Source of the DNA: Patescibacteria group bacterium
Lineage (GTDB): Bacteria; Patescibacteriota; Patescibacteriia; JAHJFT01
NCBI GenBank assembly: GCA_028710985.1
Contig: JAQTTB010000001.1
Location: 19,280 to 83,279, forward strand
Direction of reading: 5' to 3'
Length of the DNA: 64,000 nucleotides
Shown here: positions 18,072 through 27,080 of the stretch, in pieces
How the letters are laid out: the number at the start of each line of letters is the position of its first letter
How positions within the stretch are numbered: position 1 is the first letter of the stretch
Notes under the pieces: model-generated
The model's input: the letters and a program-made list of their open reading frames with translations, nothing else
Databases searched by the model: none
Told to the model about the DNA's origin: nothing
Position numbers and translations under genes: made by a program

Positions 18072-19177
18072 ATAAATTTAAATAATTTAATTAGTTTATC
18101 CGTCTGCTGTGATAAGGAAAAATTATCACGGACATGGGAAAATGCCGCCATCCCCATTTTATTTCTAGTTTCACTATCCAGCATTTTCTTTATAGCATTA
18201 CTGATTTGATCTTCATTGCCACGCTCAATAATAAACCCATTCACATTATCAAGCACTATCTTATTTATTCCCCCTACGGCAGTTGAAATAACCGGCAATC
18301 CACATGACATGGCCTCCAGTACGGCATTTGGACAACCCTCATTTTTAGAGTATAAAATAAAAATATCGGCCAATAGATACTGTTCTTTTAATTCCTCTCT
18401 ATCCAATAAACCGGTAAAAATAACTTTTTCTGCCAGCCCTAAATCAAGCGCAATTTTTTCGAAATGCTGCCGCAATTGACCCTCGCCGACGAGAACAAGT
18501 CTGGCGATAGGCAGACCCCGATCCACCATTTTTTTAAAAAAATAAATTAATTGTTCCTGGCCCTTGTTCTCATTTTTCATCGAGCCCACATTCAATAACG
18601 TTACCCGGTCAATTTTTTTACCTTTTCTTAATTCCCCCAATGCTCCTTCGGATATTTCAATTTCGACTCCATTATTAATAACAATCATCCGGTTTCGATA
18701 GAATGGCTGATACTTGACTAGGCTGTTCATTACTTCTTCTGAAACGGCGATTATCCTATAGCAACAAAAATTTAAAAAAACATCGATTATCCTTAAAAAC
18801 AAACTCTTTCGATCCGCCATCCCCGATTCTCGAATTAAAACCCTCAGCCTCGGATTAAAAATTTTCAAAAGTCTAGCAACGACGTTCGCCACATCTAGGG
18901 TAGAATAAACAAATTTTATATTGTTAGTTTTCACAAAAAGCAGGGTTCGATAAAATGATCTAACGTCAAATAAATACTTAAAATTAAAACTCACTACTTC
19001 ATTTTTTATTCGTAATTTGGAAACGAAGGTCTGTTCGGCGCGAAAAATCGTAGCAAAAAAAATATTAAATCCCTGCGCCGATAAATAGTTAGCCTGTTTT
19101 ATAAAATAAGTTTCGGCGCCGCCGACACCCAATCCGTTTATCAAAAGTAATATATTTTTAGTTGCAGATTCTTTCAT
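18068..19177 (-). CDS. glycosyltransferase, GT4-like
   Basis: 369-aa ORF: NGLGVGGAETYF...KNEGCPNAVLEAMSCGLPVISTAVGGINKIV. Confidence 0.85.
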   Translation of the reverse strand: MKESATKNILLLINGLGVGGAETYFIKQANYLSAQGFNIFFATIFRAEQTFVSKLRIKNEVVSFNFKYLFDVRSFYRTLLFVKTNNIKFVYSTLDVANVVARLLKIFNPRLRVLIRESGMADRKSLFLRIIDVFLNFCCYRIIAVSEEVMNSLVKYQPFYRNRMIVINNGVEIEISEGALGELRKGKKIDRVTLLNVGSMKNENKGQEQLIYFFKKMVDRGLPIARLVLVGEGQLRQHFEKIALDLGLAEKVIFTGLLDREELKEQYLLADIFILYSKNEGCPNAVLEAMSCGLPVISTAVGGINKIVLDNVNGFIIERGNEDQISNAIKKMLDSETRNKMGMAAFSHVRDNFSLSQQTDKLIKLFKFI

Positions 19178-19178
19178 A

Positions 19179-19847
19179 TCAGTTACACCGCACCACGGCC
19201 CATATTTCCCCCCAATTTATTTTGTAATCCGATATAGACATTCCGGCTGAATTCAGCTCTTCGGAAAAGTCATTAAAAGTATATTCAATAAAATGATTCC
19301 GATCCAATCGATATTCAAGTCCAAGCTCTTTTTTATACGGCACTAACCAATCCCGATTAATCATCGGCACGCGTATTAAAGCGATATCGCAAATATTTTT
19401 TATTTGCTTTAAAAGAGAAGTCCTATCATCTATATGCTCCAGTACATTAGATACTACGACGCGATCAAATTTTTCATTAAAACTATACTGTGTCGCATCG
19501 GCGACAATATATTCAACGTTTGGCAACGCGCAGTGCGATTTTGCATACTCAATACTGGTTTTATTCATATCAATCCCCACGACTCTTTTGGCCTTTTTGG
19601 CAATCTCGCGGGTCAAAATACCATTACCGCAGCCAATATCAAGGACGGTGTGCGATGGCTCGATATTATTTAGAAAAAAATCGTGATATTCAGTGAGGCG
19701 ATGCTTTGGATGTATCCCCCCCTCTCGCAATGAAGCGACCGTGACAATTTTATGCAATGCCCAATCGTGCAAATAAAATAATCGCCTCAGGATCCAGAGG
19801 GATAAATTTTTATTTTTAAACGCTCTTTTTAATAAATCCTTTAGCAT
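19179..19847 (-). CDS. class I SAM-dependent methyltransferase
   Basis: 222-aa ORF with motif I VLDIGCGNGILT, motif II VVGIDM, and VVVSNVLEHI. Confidence 0.8.
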   Translation of the reverse strand: MLKDLLKRAFKNKNLSLWILRRLFYLHDWALHKIVTVASLREGGIHPKHRLTEYHDFFLNNIEPSHTVLDIGCGNGILTREIAKKAKRVVGIDMNKTSIEYAKSHCALPNVEYIVADATQYSFNEKFDRVVVSNVLEHIDDRTSLLKQIKNICDIALIRVPMINRDWLVPYKKELGLEYRLDRNHFIEYTFNDFSEELNSAGMSISDYKINWGEIWAVVRCN

Positions 19848-20775
19848 ATTCTTTTAATGTGGAACTAATAATACTTTTTTTCTTTGAAAAAATCAGCATC
19901 TTTTCAAACAAATCATAAAAATGTTCCAATTCCTGTTCATTTTTCACATAAGGGCTTCCGCCGATCATCAGCTCGCTTGAATGCACCATAAAAACAGCTA
20001 CGGGAAAATTTTGTCTGAGTAAAGCTTCGAGCACAGACCTTATTTCATCAAAACTTGAGTTTGAGAATATCCTCAACCACCGCTGTTTAAAAAATAATTT
20101 ATTTAATACTTTTTTCAATAACGAATCCGGCAATAAAGCAAATGACCTAGAAATATATGAGGCCTCTCCAACGAAAGGTGAGGTAAACGCAACTGTCATC
20201 GGCACCTCCAATACCCCGTCCACTACCGAGGGCATCAGCGACGAACCGCGAAAATCCGGTCCCCGTCTATCGTGGCCGCCGGAAGAATTATTCTTCCATG
20301 ATATCTTTGGGGTTACCGAGCTGTCGGCGATATAGCCCAATTTATTCAAAAATCGCATTATCCGAATATCATAACCCCAGCGTCCGGCTCGATGAGTCTT
20401 TGGACTTATGCCAAAATTTTCCGCAATCGCCTTTGTTAAAGATGATAATTTTTTGTACAGCTCTTCGTCTTCAAGCTCATTAGGAAAACGATGCTTCAGC
20501 ATTTCCCATTCCCTGTCCTTCACACAAGGCGGTGTTGTCCAAGGATGCAAATGAGCCCCAACTTCCGCTGACCCGGAATCCTGAAAAGGCTTAAGAATAT
20601 TTACCGATTCTCTATCTACCGCAACCTCATAAGTTATAAAATATGTCGGTTTAAAGCGATATTTTTGGCAAAGCTCCTGGAAGCGAGGCAGAAATTTAAT
20701 ATTTTCAAGTGTAATTTCCTCAGATCTTTTCCACTGGTTGTCCGCCTCAACATCAACGGTTATTATTAATTTCAT
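19816..20775 (-). CDS. polysaccharide deacetylase-like (WalW/CE4-like) protein
   Basis: 319-aa ORF: MKLIITVDVEADNQW...VGAHLHPWTTPP...HRAGRWG. Recognised only by recollection of this family. Confidence 0.5.
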   Translation of the reverse strand: MKLIITVDVEADNQWKRSEEITLENIKFLPRFQELCQKYRFKPTYFITYEVAVDRESVNILKPFQDSGSAEVGAHLHPWTTPPCVKDREWEMLKHRFPNELEDEELYKKLSSLTKAIAENFGISPKTHRAGRWGYDIRIMRFLNKLGYIADSSVTPKISWKNNSSGGHDRRGPDFRGSSLMPSVVDGVLEVPMTVAFTSPFVGEASYISRSFALLPDSLLKKVLNKLFFKQRWLRIFSNSSFDEIRSVLEALLRQNFPVAVFMVHSSELMIGGSPYVKNEQELEHFYDLFEKMLIFSKKKSIISSTLKEYAKGFIKKSV

Positions 20776-22406
20776 ACATTTTTAAAACCCCTGATTCGCA
20801 TCCAATATTTGATAACGCTTGAATACACCTTGTAATAATAGTAACATTGTTTTCTTTCACCGCCAAATGCTTCCTTGAATTCAGCGATTGACCTGAGCCC
20901 CCTCTGATTTGAATCCGGACTTATGCCGCCTAAGTCAAAAATTTCATGATCCGTTAATTTCGCGTATCGAATTGCCTCCCAAACGATCATCCGATTTGCC
21001 TGCCCCACAATCTCGCACTGCTGGCTATCGGAAAAACGCAGTGAGGAAAGAGCCCAAGCACGAATATTCCTAGTATCGCTGATAAAAATACCGCCGGCGA
21101 TCATTTCGTTTTTATAATAAGCGGAAAAAAGTAAGCCGTTTTCTAGATAATGGTTGACTCTTTCGATGGGCAAACCTTTTTCTGAGCGAAAAATACTATA
21201 AATTCTTCTAAATTCCTTATGATTTAGGTCATTTTTTACGATAATCCCATTTCTTTCCCCTCTTTGAATCTGTTTACAGATATAATTTTTCCTCATCTTG
21301 CTCCAAATCGTTTCAATGCTCTGTCTTAAATCAATTACCGTGGTTAAACCCGCTCGTTTATGAAAATCTGGCTTATCAATATTGTGATAGGAAAAAAAAT
21401 TGATCATTCCAACGCCTGGAATGTCTTGCGGATCCTCAAACCATCGCCAGCACTTTTTTAAAAAATTAGTGTCAAATAAACCATAGCAAATCCGGCTAGA
21501 AATTACCGGCTTATGCGCCTTTATTAATATAAGATGTGAAAAACCTCTGATTATCGGCAAGTGTTCAGCGAGGCGAAAAAGCGTTGGATAAATTTTTTTT
21601 AAAAAACCCATCCTCTGTTCAAACGGAAGCGCTATGTCAATGAAACTAACATTGTCGATAAAAAAATTTTTGTTAAATAAATTTATTATATCTTTCGCGG
21701 AAAAATAATAATAATAAATACCCGAAGGATGAACTCCCTCTTTTGGTAATTTCTTTAATCTCCTCCTTAAATCAAGATGATACGCCGATAAAATCAACGG
21801 CTTGCCCGGCGCAAGGGTGAAATTAATGTTTTGGAGAAACTGATTACGATACGCATCGGATGGCAAATGCTCTAAGACTTGGGCAGAGAAAGCAATATCA
21901 AAAAAACCTTTTGCTGTTTTAAACGACGTTACGTCAGCCCAGACCAAACCAACATTATTGGATTTTAATTTGCACGAAAGTATCTCCAGCGAATTAAACG
22001 AGATATCCACCCCCAATAAACAACTATAATCAACAAATTCCTCTGTAAAACGACCTGTTCCGCAGCCATACTCAATTATTTTTTTTCCCGATACGTCGCC
22101 GACTTGCGCAAGCGTTGAGGGAATTTCCCTATCATGCCTCGCAGACAATCTAGCGTCATAACCGCCAGCTTGCGCATCTCTAACGGCTATCTCAGAACCT
22201 ATTTTTTCATCATTGACCGTCTGCTCCGGCAATATAAACAAAATCCCATTTTTAATTTGATATGCTTTCCCACAACGAACGCATTTTAGAAAACCATTAA
22301 ATATTGCCTCGTCATTGCCGCTTTCCATGCCACCAATTTCAAGACGAGCGTTATCAGATTGACAGACCAGGCAAGCAATAAGTTTTTTCGAAAATCCTAT
22401 CCTCAT
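20772..22406 (-). CDS. three-domain fusion: Trm112-like zinc ribbon + SAM methyltransferase + FemAB/GNAT(Acetyltransf_6)-like domain
   Basis: 544 aa. CLVCQS...CVRCGKAYQIKNGILFILPE (zinc ribbon). IIEYGCGTGRFTEEF...FDIAFSAQVLEHL (methyltransferase). The C-terminal ~200 aa read IRAWALSS...QANRMIVWEAIRYAK...DLGGISPD...GLRSIAEFKEAFGG (FemAB-like). Confidence 0.6.
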   Translation of the reverse strand: MRIGFSKKLIACLVCQSDNARLEIGGMESGNDEAIFNGFLKCVRCGKAYQIKNGILFILPEQTVNDEKIGSEIAVRDAQAGGYDARLSARHDREIPSTLAQVGDVSGKKIIEYGCGTGRFTEEFVDYSCLLGVDISFNSLEILSCKLKSNNVGLVWADVTSFKTAKGFFDIAFSAQVLEHLPSDAYRNQFLQNINFTLAPGKPLILSAYHLDLRRRLKKLPKEGVHPSGIYYYYFSAKDIINLFNKNFFIDNVSFIDIALPFEQRMGFLKKIYPTLFRLAEHLPIIRGFSHLILIKAHKPVISSRICYGLFDTNFLKKCWRWFEDPQDIPGVGMINFFSYHNIDKPDFHKRAGLTTVIDLRQSIETIWSKMRKNYICKQIQRGERNGIIVKNDLNHKEFRRIYSIFRSEKGLPIERVNHYLENGLLFSAYYKNEMIAGGIFISDTRNIRAWALSSLRFSDSQQCEIVGQANRMIVWEAIRYAKLTDHEIFDLGGISPDSNQRGLRSIAEFKEAFGGERKQCYYYYKVYSSVIKYWMRIRGFKNV

Positions 22407-22408
22407 AT

Positions 22409-23521
22409 TTATCCTAAAATCTTCATTAAATCATTATAAAACCGATCGGGGTTATACTGATTCTTTATCAATTCAAAGCCGGCATTTCCCATTTTTATTA
22501 AGTTGTGCTGATCCGAAATAGTCAGGCGAATCTTATCTATTAAATCGACCAAATTTTTACTTTCAAAGATGTAACCATTCACGCCATTCTCAATATATTC
22601 CTTCGTTCCATTTTCGCTCGAACTAATAACCGCCAGTTTGCAACTCATTGCTTCAACTATCGAAAAAGCCGCGGCTTCACCATAGCTCGGTAAAATGAAT
22701 ACATCATTTACTTTATATTCTTCATAAACATCCTTCCAATTAATATCAAATTTCACCTTCACAATTTCCGATAAATTATTAACTTTAATGTACTCTAATA
22801 ATTCATTTGTATATTCATTCTCATCCCTTTCGCCGACTAATGTAAGATTAATATTAAAATTATCTTTTAATTTTTCAACGGCCTTAACTAATAAAATCTG
22901 ATTCTTGCGCTCTTGGAATTTACCTACGCAGATAATATTAACCCATCCGCCAATAAAATACTCCTTGTTGAAGTCAAGCGCTTCATGAACAAATGGAATA
23001 TAAAAAAGATTCTTATTCTTACTTGCATAAGCGTCGTTACCCCTCAATGGAGTAATTACCGACGCCTTCCACAAAAAACCAACCAGCCAAATCGAGAAAC
23101 TCTTGATTTTTTTTCTAAATTTTTCAATTTGAATTAAAAAAATAATTTTTTTAACACCCAGGAACCGACTTAGAAGCGCGCCAAGGATTGAATAAAGACT
23201 ATCAATATTTTTTATCAGCACAACGTTCGGCCGATATTCCTTTATCAAATGATATAGTGAAAATATGGGTGGATAGCTATATCGTATCTCGAACCGATTC
23301 TTAATTGTGCGTCCACCCCGCTTATTGAATATTCTATTAAATAGCTTAAAAATATTCGAATATCCAACAACTCGCGGTTCTAGAATATCATAGCATTCTG
23401 ATTTTCCGCGATACATAACAAACATGGCCACTTCGTGTCCAAATGACTGAAGGGCCTCAATCATGTAGAAAAAATTTGTATGATATCGCGGGGTAAGAAA
23501 TAAAAATTTCATTGATTTCAA
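22409..23521 (-). CDS. glycosyltransferase, GT4-like
   Basis: 370-aa ORF: YGEAAAFSIVEAMSCKLAVISSSENGTKEYI. Confidence 0.8.
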   Translation of the reverse strand: MKSMKFLFLTPRYHTNFFYMIEALQSFGHEVAMFVMYRGKSECYDILEPRVVGYSNIFKLFNRIFNKRGGRTIKNRFEIRYSYPPIFSLYHLIKEYRPNVVLIKNIDSLYSILGALLSRFLGVKKIIFLIQIEKFRKKIKSFSIWLVGFLWKASVITPLRGNDAYASKNKNLFYIPFVHEALDFNKEYFIGGWVNIICVGKFQERKNQILLVKAVEKLKDNFNINLTLVGERDENEYTNELLEYIKVNNLSEIVKVKFDINWKDVYEEYKVNDVFILPSYGEAAAFSIVEAMSCKLAVISSSENGTKEYIENGVNGYIFESKNLVDLIDKIRLTISDQHNLIKMGNAGFELIKNQYNPDRFYNDLMKILG

Positions 23522-25191
23522 ATTTTTAAAATTTTATAATCCTTATTACTGAAAACTTCCTCCAGTCCGTCTGCTGAATTCGAACTATAGTATAAATCCA
23601 TATATTTACCGCGCGGCAAAAGAATATATGAACAATCAAGCCTAACGGCAAAATTTACAATCTCTTTGAAGTCAGCCGCTTTTTCAACGATCTGATTATA
23701 TGCCTGTCTCTCCTCATACCATCTTTTAGCATTTTCGAAATTTGAAGTAACCCAAATAGAACCTTCTTTTTCAGTCAGATTAGTATTCTGCCTACTTAAT
23801 ACTTTGAATTTAAATTCATTTTGAAAGTCATCAAAAACAAAAATCCGGTTCTCACTAACGGAAAGCGCGCTTTTTGCCCAAATTGCCGCCTCATAAAGAT
23901 TGTTAAAGTTATTTGTATTCGATTCATCCACCACGGGGGCTAAATTATATTTTATTCTTATGCCTTCGGGCACCAATGCCCTTACTACCGGCCTAATAAC
24001 GGGCGCAAAAAAATAAATTGGCGTAACCACAACGATCAAAGATAATGCTACGGACAGCCATTTTTTATTCATCCTAGAATAAAGCAAATAAACAACTAGA
24101 GCGAACTGCATGATTAGAATGAAGCCCAACACCCTCATTAGCCGAATGTGCTCCACGAAAAATGGCAGCTCTCCATTTTTCATTAAAAAATAATTAGTAA
24201 CATCAACACCGATAACGAATAAAATGGTTATAATCATCAGTATGGTGCTGATTTTATGAACTGCCCGTTTCTCCGAATCTAATGAGGACCCGTAGATACG
24301 CATGATAAAAAACGATAAAAAAAACATTAAGATCATTGTAAAACTATCCCACATCGAACGTTTAATTCTGGCCAAGTCGACTGTCGCGAGAAAACCGTTC
24401 GCTTCAAACCTATATTGAACAATTTCAGAATGCAAAGCAACGTCCTCGGCGCTCAAATACTCCTCGGCCGGAATCATGCCGGTACTCGAATTAGTAAAAT
24501 GGTTTATCAAAAATGGCAAAGCTACTATAAAATAAATGACAGCAAAAATAATTATCGGCTTGAAATATGCCCTATGTTGCTTCGCATAAAAAATCAAAGC
24601 GCCCAAGATAAATAAACCGATAACTACGCTTCCGACGGGCGGATATAAGTAAAGCAAAATGCCGGCAGATATTGCCAATAAAATATTATATTTATTATTT
24701 TTTAAACCATAAATTATCCAATAGTAGCTAAGCAAAAAATAAAAAGGAAAGGCGAATGTATTGCCGCGCAAATTCCCAAGATCGAGCAAGCCAATTCTTG
24801 TAAAGAATACATTACGCGGTACTACGCACAAAAGTCCCACCAATGCCGCTAGGGACCAGCTTTTAAATATTTTTTTAGCAATTAATCCGCTCGCAAGATA
24901 GGTTATGGCAATTATAAGAATAGTAAATAGATGATAGCTCACTAAATCATACTTCAAGCCTGGATTGAAATAATAAAAAACCGGGAACGCTGCATATAGC
25001 TCCTCCTGATTATAAGCCGACGGCACGTCTGTCCATACTCCATCATTTTTTTGTATCATCAATAATTGATAACACCAAAGATCGCTGCTCAAATCGCCAA
25101 GATTACTACCATAATTAGTAAAAATATAATAAAAAATTATGACTACAAGTATGATAGTAAAAAAAAGTTTAGAATTGAAAAATTTTAACAT
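23518..25191 (-). CDS. polytopic membrane protein with C-terminal soluble domain (GT-C-like or Wzy-like; unassigned)
   Basis: ~557 aa from ATG at 25191 (MLKFFNSK); the ORF-track TTG at 25224 overlaps the upstream GT2. More than 12 hydrophobic helices, then a ~170-aa hydrophilic tail. Confidence 0.55.
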   Translation of the reverse strand: MLKFFNSKLFFTIILVVIIFYYIFTNYGSNLGDLSSDLWCYQLLMIQKNDGVWTDVPSAYNQEELYAAFPVFYYFNPGLKYDLVSYHLFTILIIAITYLASGLIAKKIFKSWSLAALVGLLCVVPRNVFFTRIGLLDLGNLRGNTFAFPFYFLLSYYWIIYGLKNNKYNILLAISAGILLYLYPPVGSVVIGLFILGALIFYAKQHRAYFKPIIIFAVIYFIVALPFLINHFTNSSTGMIPAEEYLSAEDVALHSEIVQYRFEANGFLATVDLARIKRSMWDSFTMILMFFLSFFIMRIYGSSLDSEKRAVHKISTILMIITILFVIGVDVTNYFLMKNGELPFFVEHIRLMRVLGFILIMQFALVVYLLYSRMNKKWLSVALSLIVVVTPIYFFAPVIRPVVRALVPEGIRIKYNLAPVVDESNTNNFNNLYEAAIWAKSALSVSENRIFVFDDFQNEFKFKVLSRQNTNLTEKEGSIWVTSNFENAKRWYEERQAYNQIVEKAADFKEIVNFAVRLDCSYILLPRGKYMDLYYSSNSADGLEEVFSNKDYKILKI

Positions 25192-25192
25192 T

Positions 25193-26050
25193 TTATTTAC
25201 GTTGTTTAAATAGAAGATCAGCAATTAGAGAAATGAAAAATATGAGCACGGCGCTTAACATGAGGAATATGCTGAAATTACCAACAAAATTATCGCCTAC
25301 AAGATCATATATACCCTTGGCGAAACCGACTGTAAAGAATGCAATTCCAAACGGTATTAAAAATTTTAATGGTTGAAAATAGAAGGCAATTTTAAAAATT
25401 AAATTTATGTAAGTAAAAAAATTCCACGGCCTAATACCAGACTCGCCCACCCTTTTGTGATAGTCGATTGGCAGGAATTTGACTAAGTAATCATTCTTTA
25501 AAAACGCCATAGTAATGGTTGACGTAAATGAATATCGGCTGGGATACAATCCCCAAAACTCAAAACAGATATCTTTTTTGAAAAGCCTCATCCCCGAATT
25601 CAAGTCAGGTATTTTTCTATTGACAAGCCATCCCGCAAACCAATTTACAAATTTTTTCGGAACCCGTCTAATAAATTCGGTATGGTTAACCTTCGTCACT
25701 CTTGCACCGACAATCATGTCATAAGAATCCATGAACGGAAAAAAATCCGATAGCTTCTCTACGGGATAAGTGCCATCGGCATCGATAATAAAAATCCACT
25801 TGCCGGCTGCGGTTTTAATCCCCCTTTTCAAGGAGGCTCCGTAACCTAAATTATATGGATTGCGAATAATCTTTATATCTGATCGTGATTCTAATGTTTT
25901 CAGAGTGCCATCCTCGCTCTTATCATCAATGGCAATTATTTCAAAAGTATGTGATGTACACTTTTCGGCAACTCGTGCCAGTCCATCCAAAACATTCGCA
26001 ACCGTCGCTTCTTCGTTATAACATGGGATAACAATTGAAATTTCACTCAT
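25193..26050 (-). CDS. glycosyltransferase family 2 with C-terminal TM helices (GtrB/ArnC-like polyprenol-phosphate sugar synthase)
   Basis: 285-aa ORF: SIVIPCYNEEATV...IAIDDKSEDGT...IDADGTYP, with two C-terminal TM helices. Confidence 0.8.
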   Translation of the reverse strand: MSEISIVIPCYNEEATVANVLDGLARVAEKCTSHTFEIIAIDDKSEDGTLKTLESRSDIKIIRNPYNLGYGASLKRGIKTAAGKWIFIIDADGTYPVEKLSDFFPFMDSYDMIVGARVTKVNHTEFIRRVPKKFVNWFAGWLVNRKIPDLNSGMRLFKKDICFEFWGLYPSRYSFTSTITMAFLKNDYLVKFLPIDYHKRVGESGIRPWNFFTYINLIFKIAFYFQPLKFLIPFGIAFFTVGFAKGIYDLVGDNFVGNFSIFLMLSAVLIFFISLIADLLFKQRK

Positions 26051-26054
26051 ATAA

Positions 26055-26981
26055 TTATTTATTTATTGCAATTATTCGAATATTGGAGGTGGCATATAGA
26101 GCCCCGAGAACAAAATCAATTAACGAAAAAAATAGTGTTAAAAATAAATTATTTATATTAAACCAACCGGCAATTTTTTTATGTTTGTCATCGAAATAAT
26201 GATGCAATGACTGAATCCAGAAAGTCGGGCTCAGCAAAAATTGAATTCCAATAACAGCGAAATTGCACTCATTCAACAAACCCACGAGGATATTTTTATT
26301 AAAAATATGCCAATGTCGTGGTATATGATAGCCTCCCCAATATCTCTTTCTAAAAATTCTCGCATCTAGAGAATCGTAATTTGGGGTTTCGATAATAAGC
26401 AAGCCGTTCCGTTTAAGCATCCTCCTGGCCTTTAAAATAATTTCGCGTGGATTATGAAGGTGCTCAATCGTTTGATTCAAAATGATTGCGTCAAAATAAT
26501 CATAATAACCCCCCATTTCTTCGAATCTTCCTGCAATGAATTCGATACCATGCCGATTTAATATATCACCAGTTGCAGAATTAATATCATTGCCATACAA
26601 TTTCCATCCGCTACCCCTGTGTTTCTTAATAATTCTGAGCAATTCTCCGTTGCCGCACCCACCGTCGAGAATTCTAGCATCATCCGAAAGATTAGCAAGC
26701 AAAGGACGAACCTTCAATCTTTGCACAAAATTCCGCGCAATCTTTGTAATAAAATTTAACCCCTCTTCAAATTTATAAGGAAAATAATTTGCTGGATAAA
26801 TCTTTTCAATTTCTCCGACGGTCGGATTGGGATTTAGGTATATCACACCGCACTTTAAACACTTTACGTAACAATATTCCTGATCGGATGTGTGATATTC
26901 AAAATCTTTTCCATGCGCCCAAACTTTGTACAGATCCGATCCGCATACACCACGACAAGCTTTTTGGGTCCTTATTTCCAT
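26055..26981 (-). CDS. class I SAM-dependent methyltransferase with N-terminal Cys-rich zinc-ribbon
   Basis: 308-aa ORF: CRGVCGS...CLKCGVIYLNP, then ILDGGCGNGELLRIIK and FDAIILNQTIEHL. Confidence 0.8.
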   Translation of the reverse strand: MEIRTQKACRGVCGSDLYKVWAHGKDFEYHTSDQEYCYVKCLKCGVIYLNPNPTVGEIEKIYPANYFPYKFEEGLNFITKIARNFVQRLKVRPLLANLSDDARILDGGCGNGELLRIIKKHRGSGWKLYGNDINSATGDILNRHGIEFIAGRFEEMGGYYDYFDAIILNQTIEHLHNPREIILKARRMLKRNGLLIIETPNYDSLDARIFRKRYWGGYHIPRHWHIFNKNILVGLLNECNFAVIGIQFLLSPTFWIQSLHHYFDDKHKKIAGWFNINNLFLTLFFSLIDFVLGALYATSNIRIIAINK

Positions 26982-27080
26982 ATTTTTTTATAATCCACCG
27001 GAAACTGCTTCTCATAAATTGGCAATAAATAATCAAATTTTCCCCACTGATATCCGAATCTCTCTTCAGAACCCATACAT

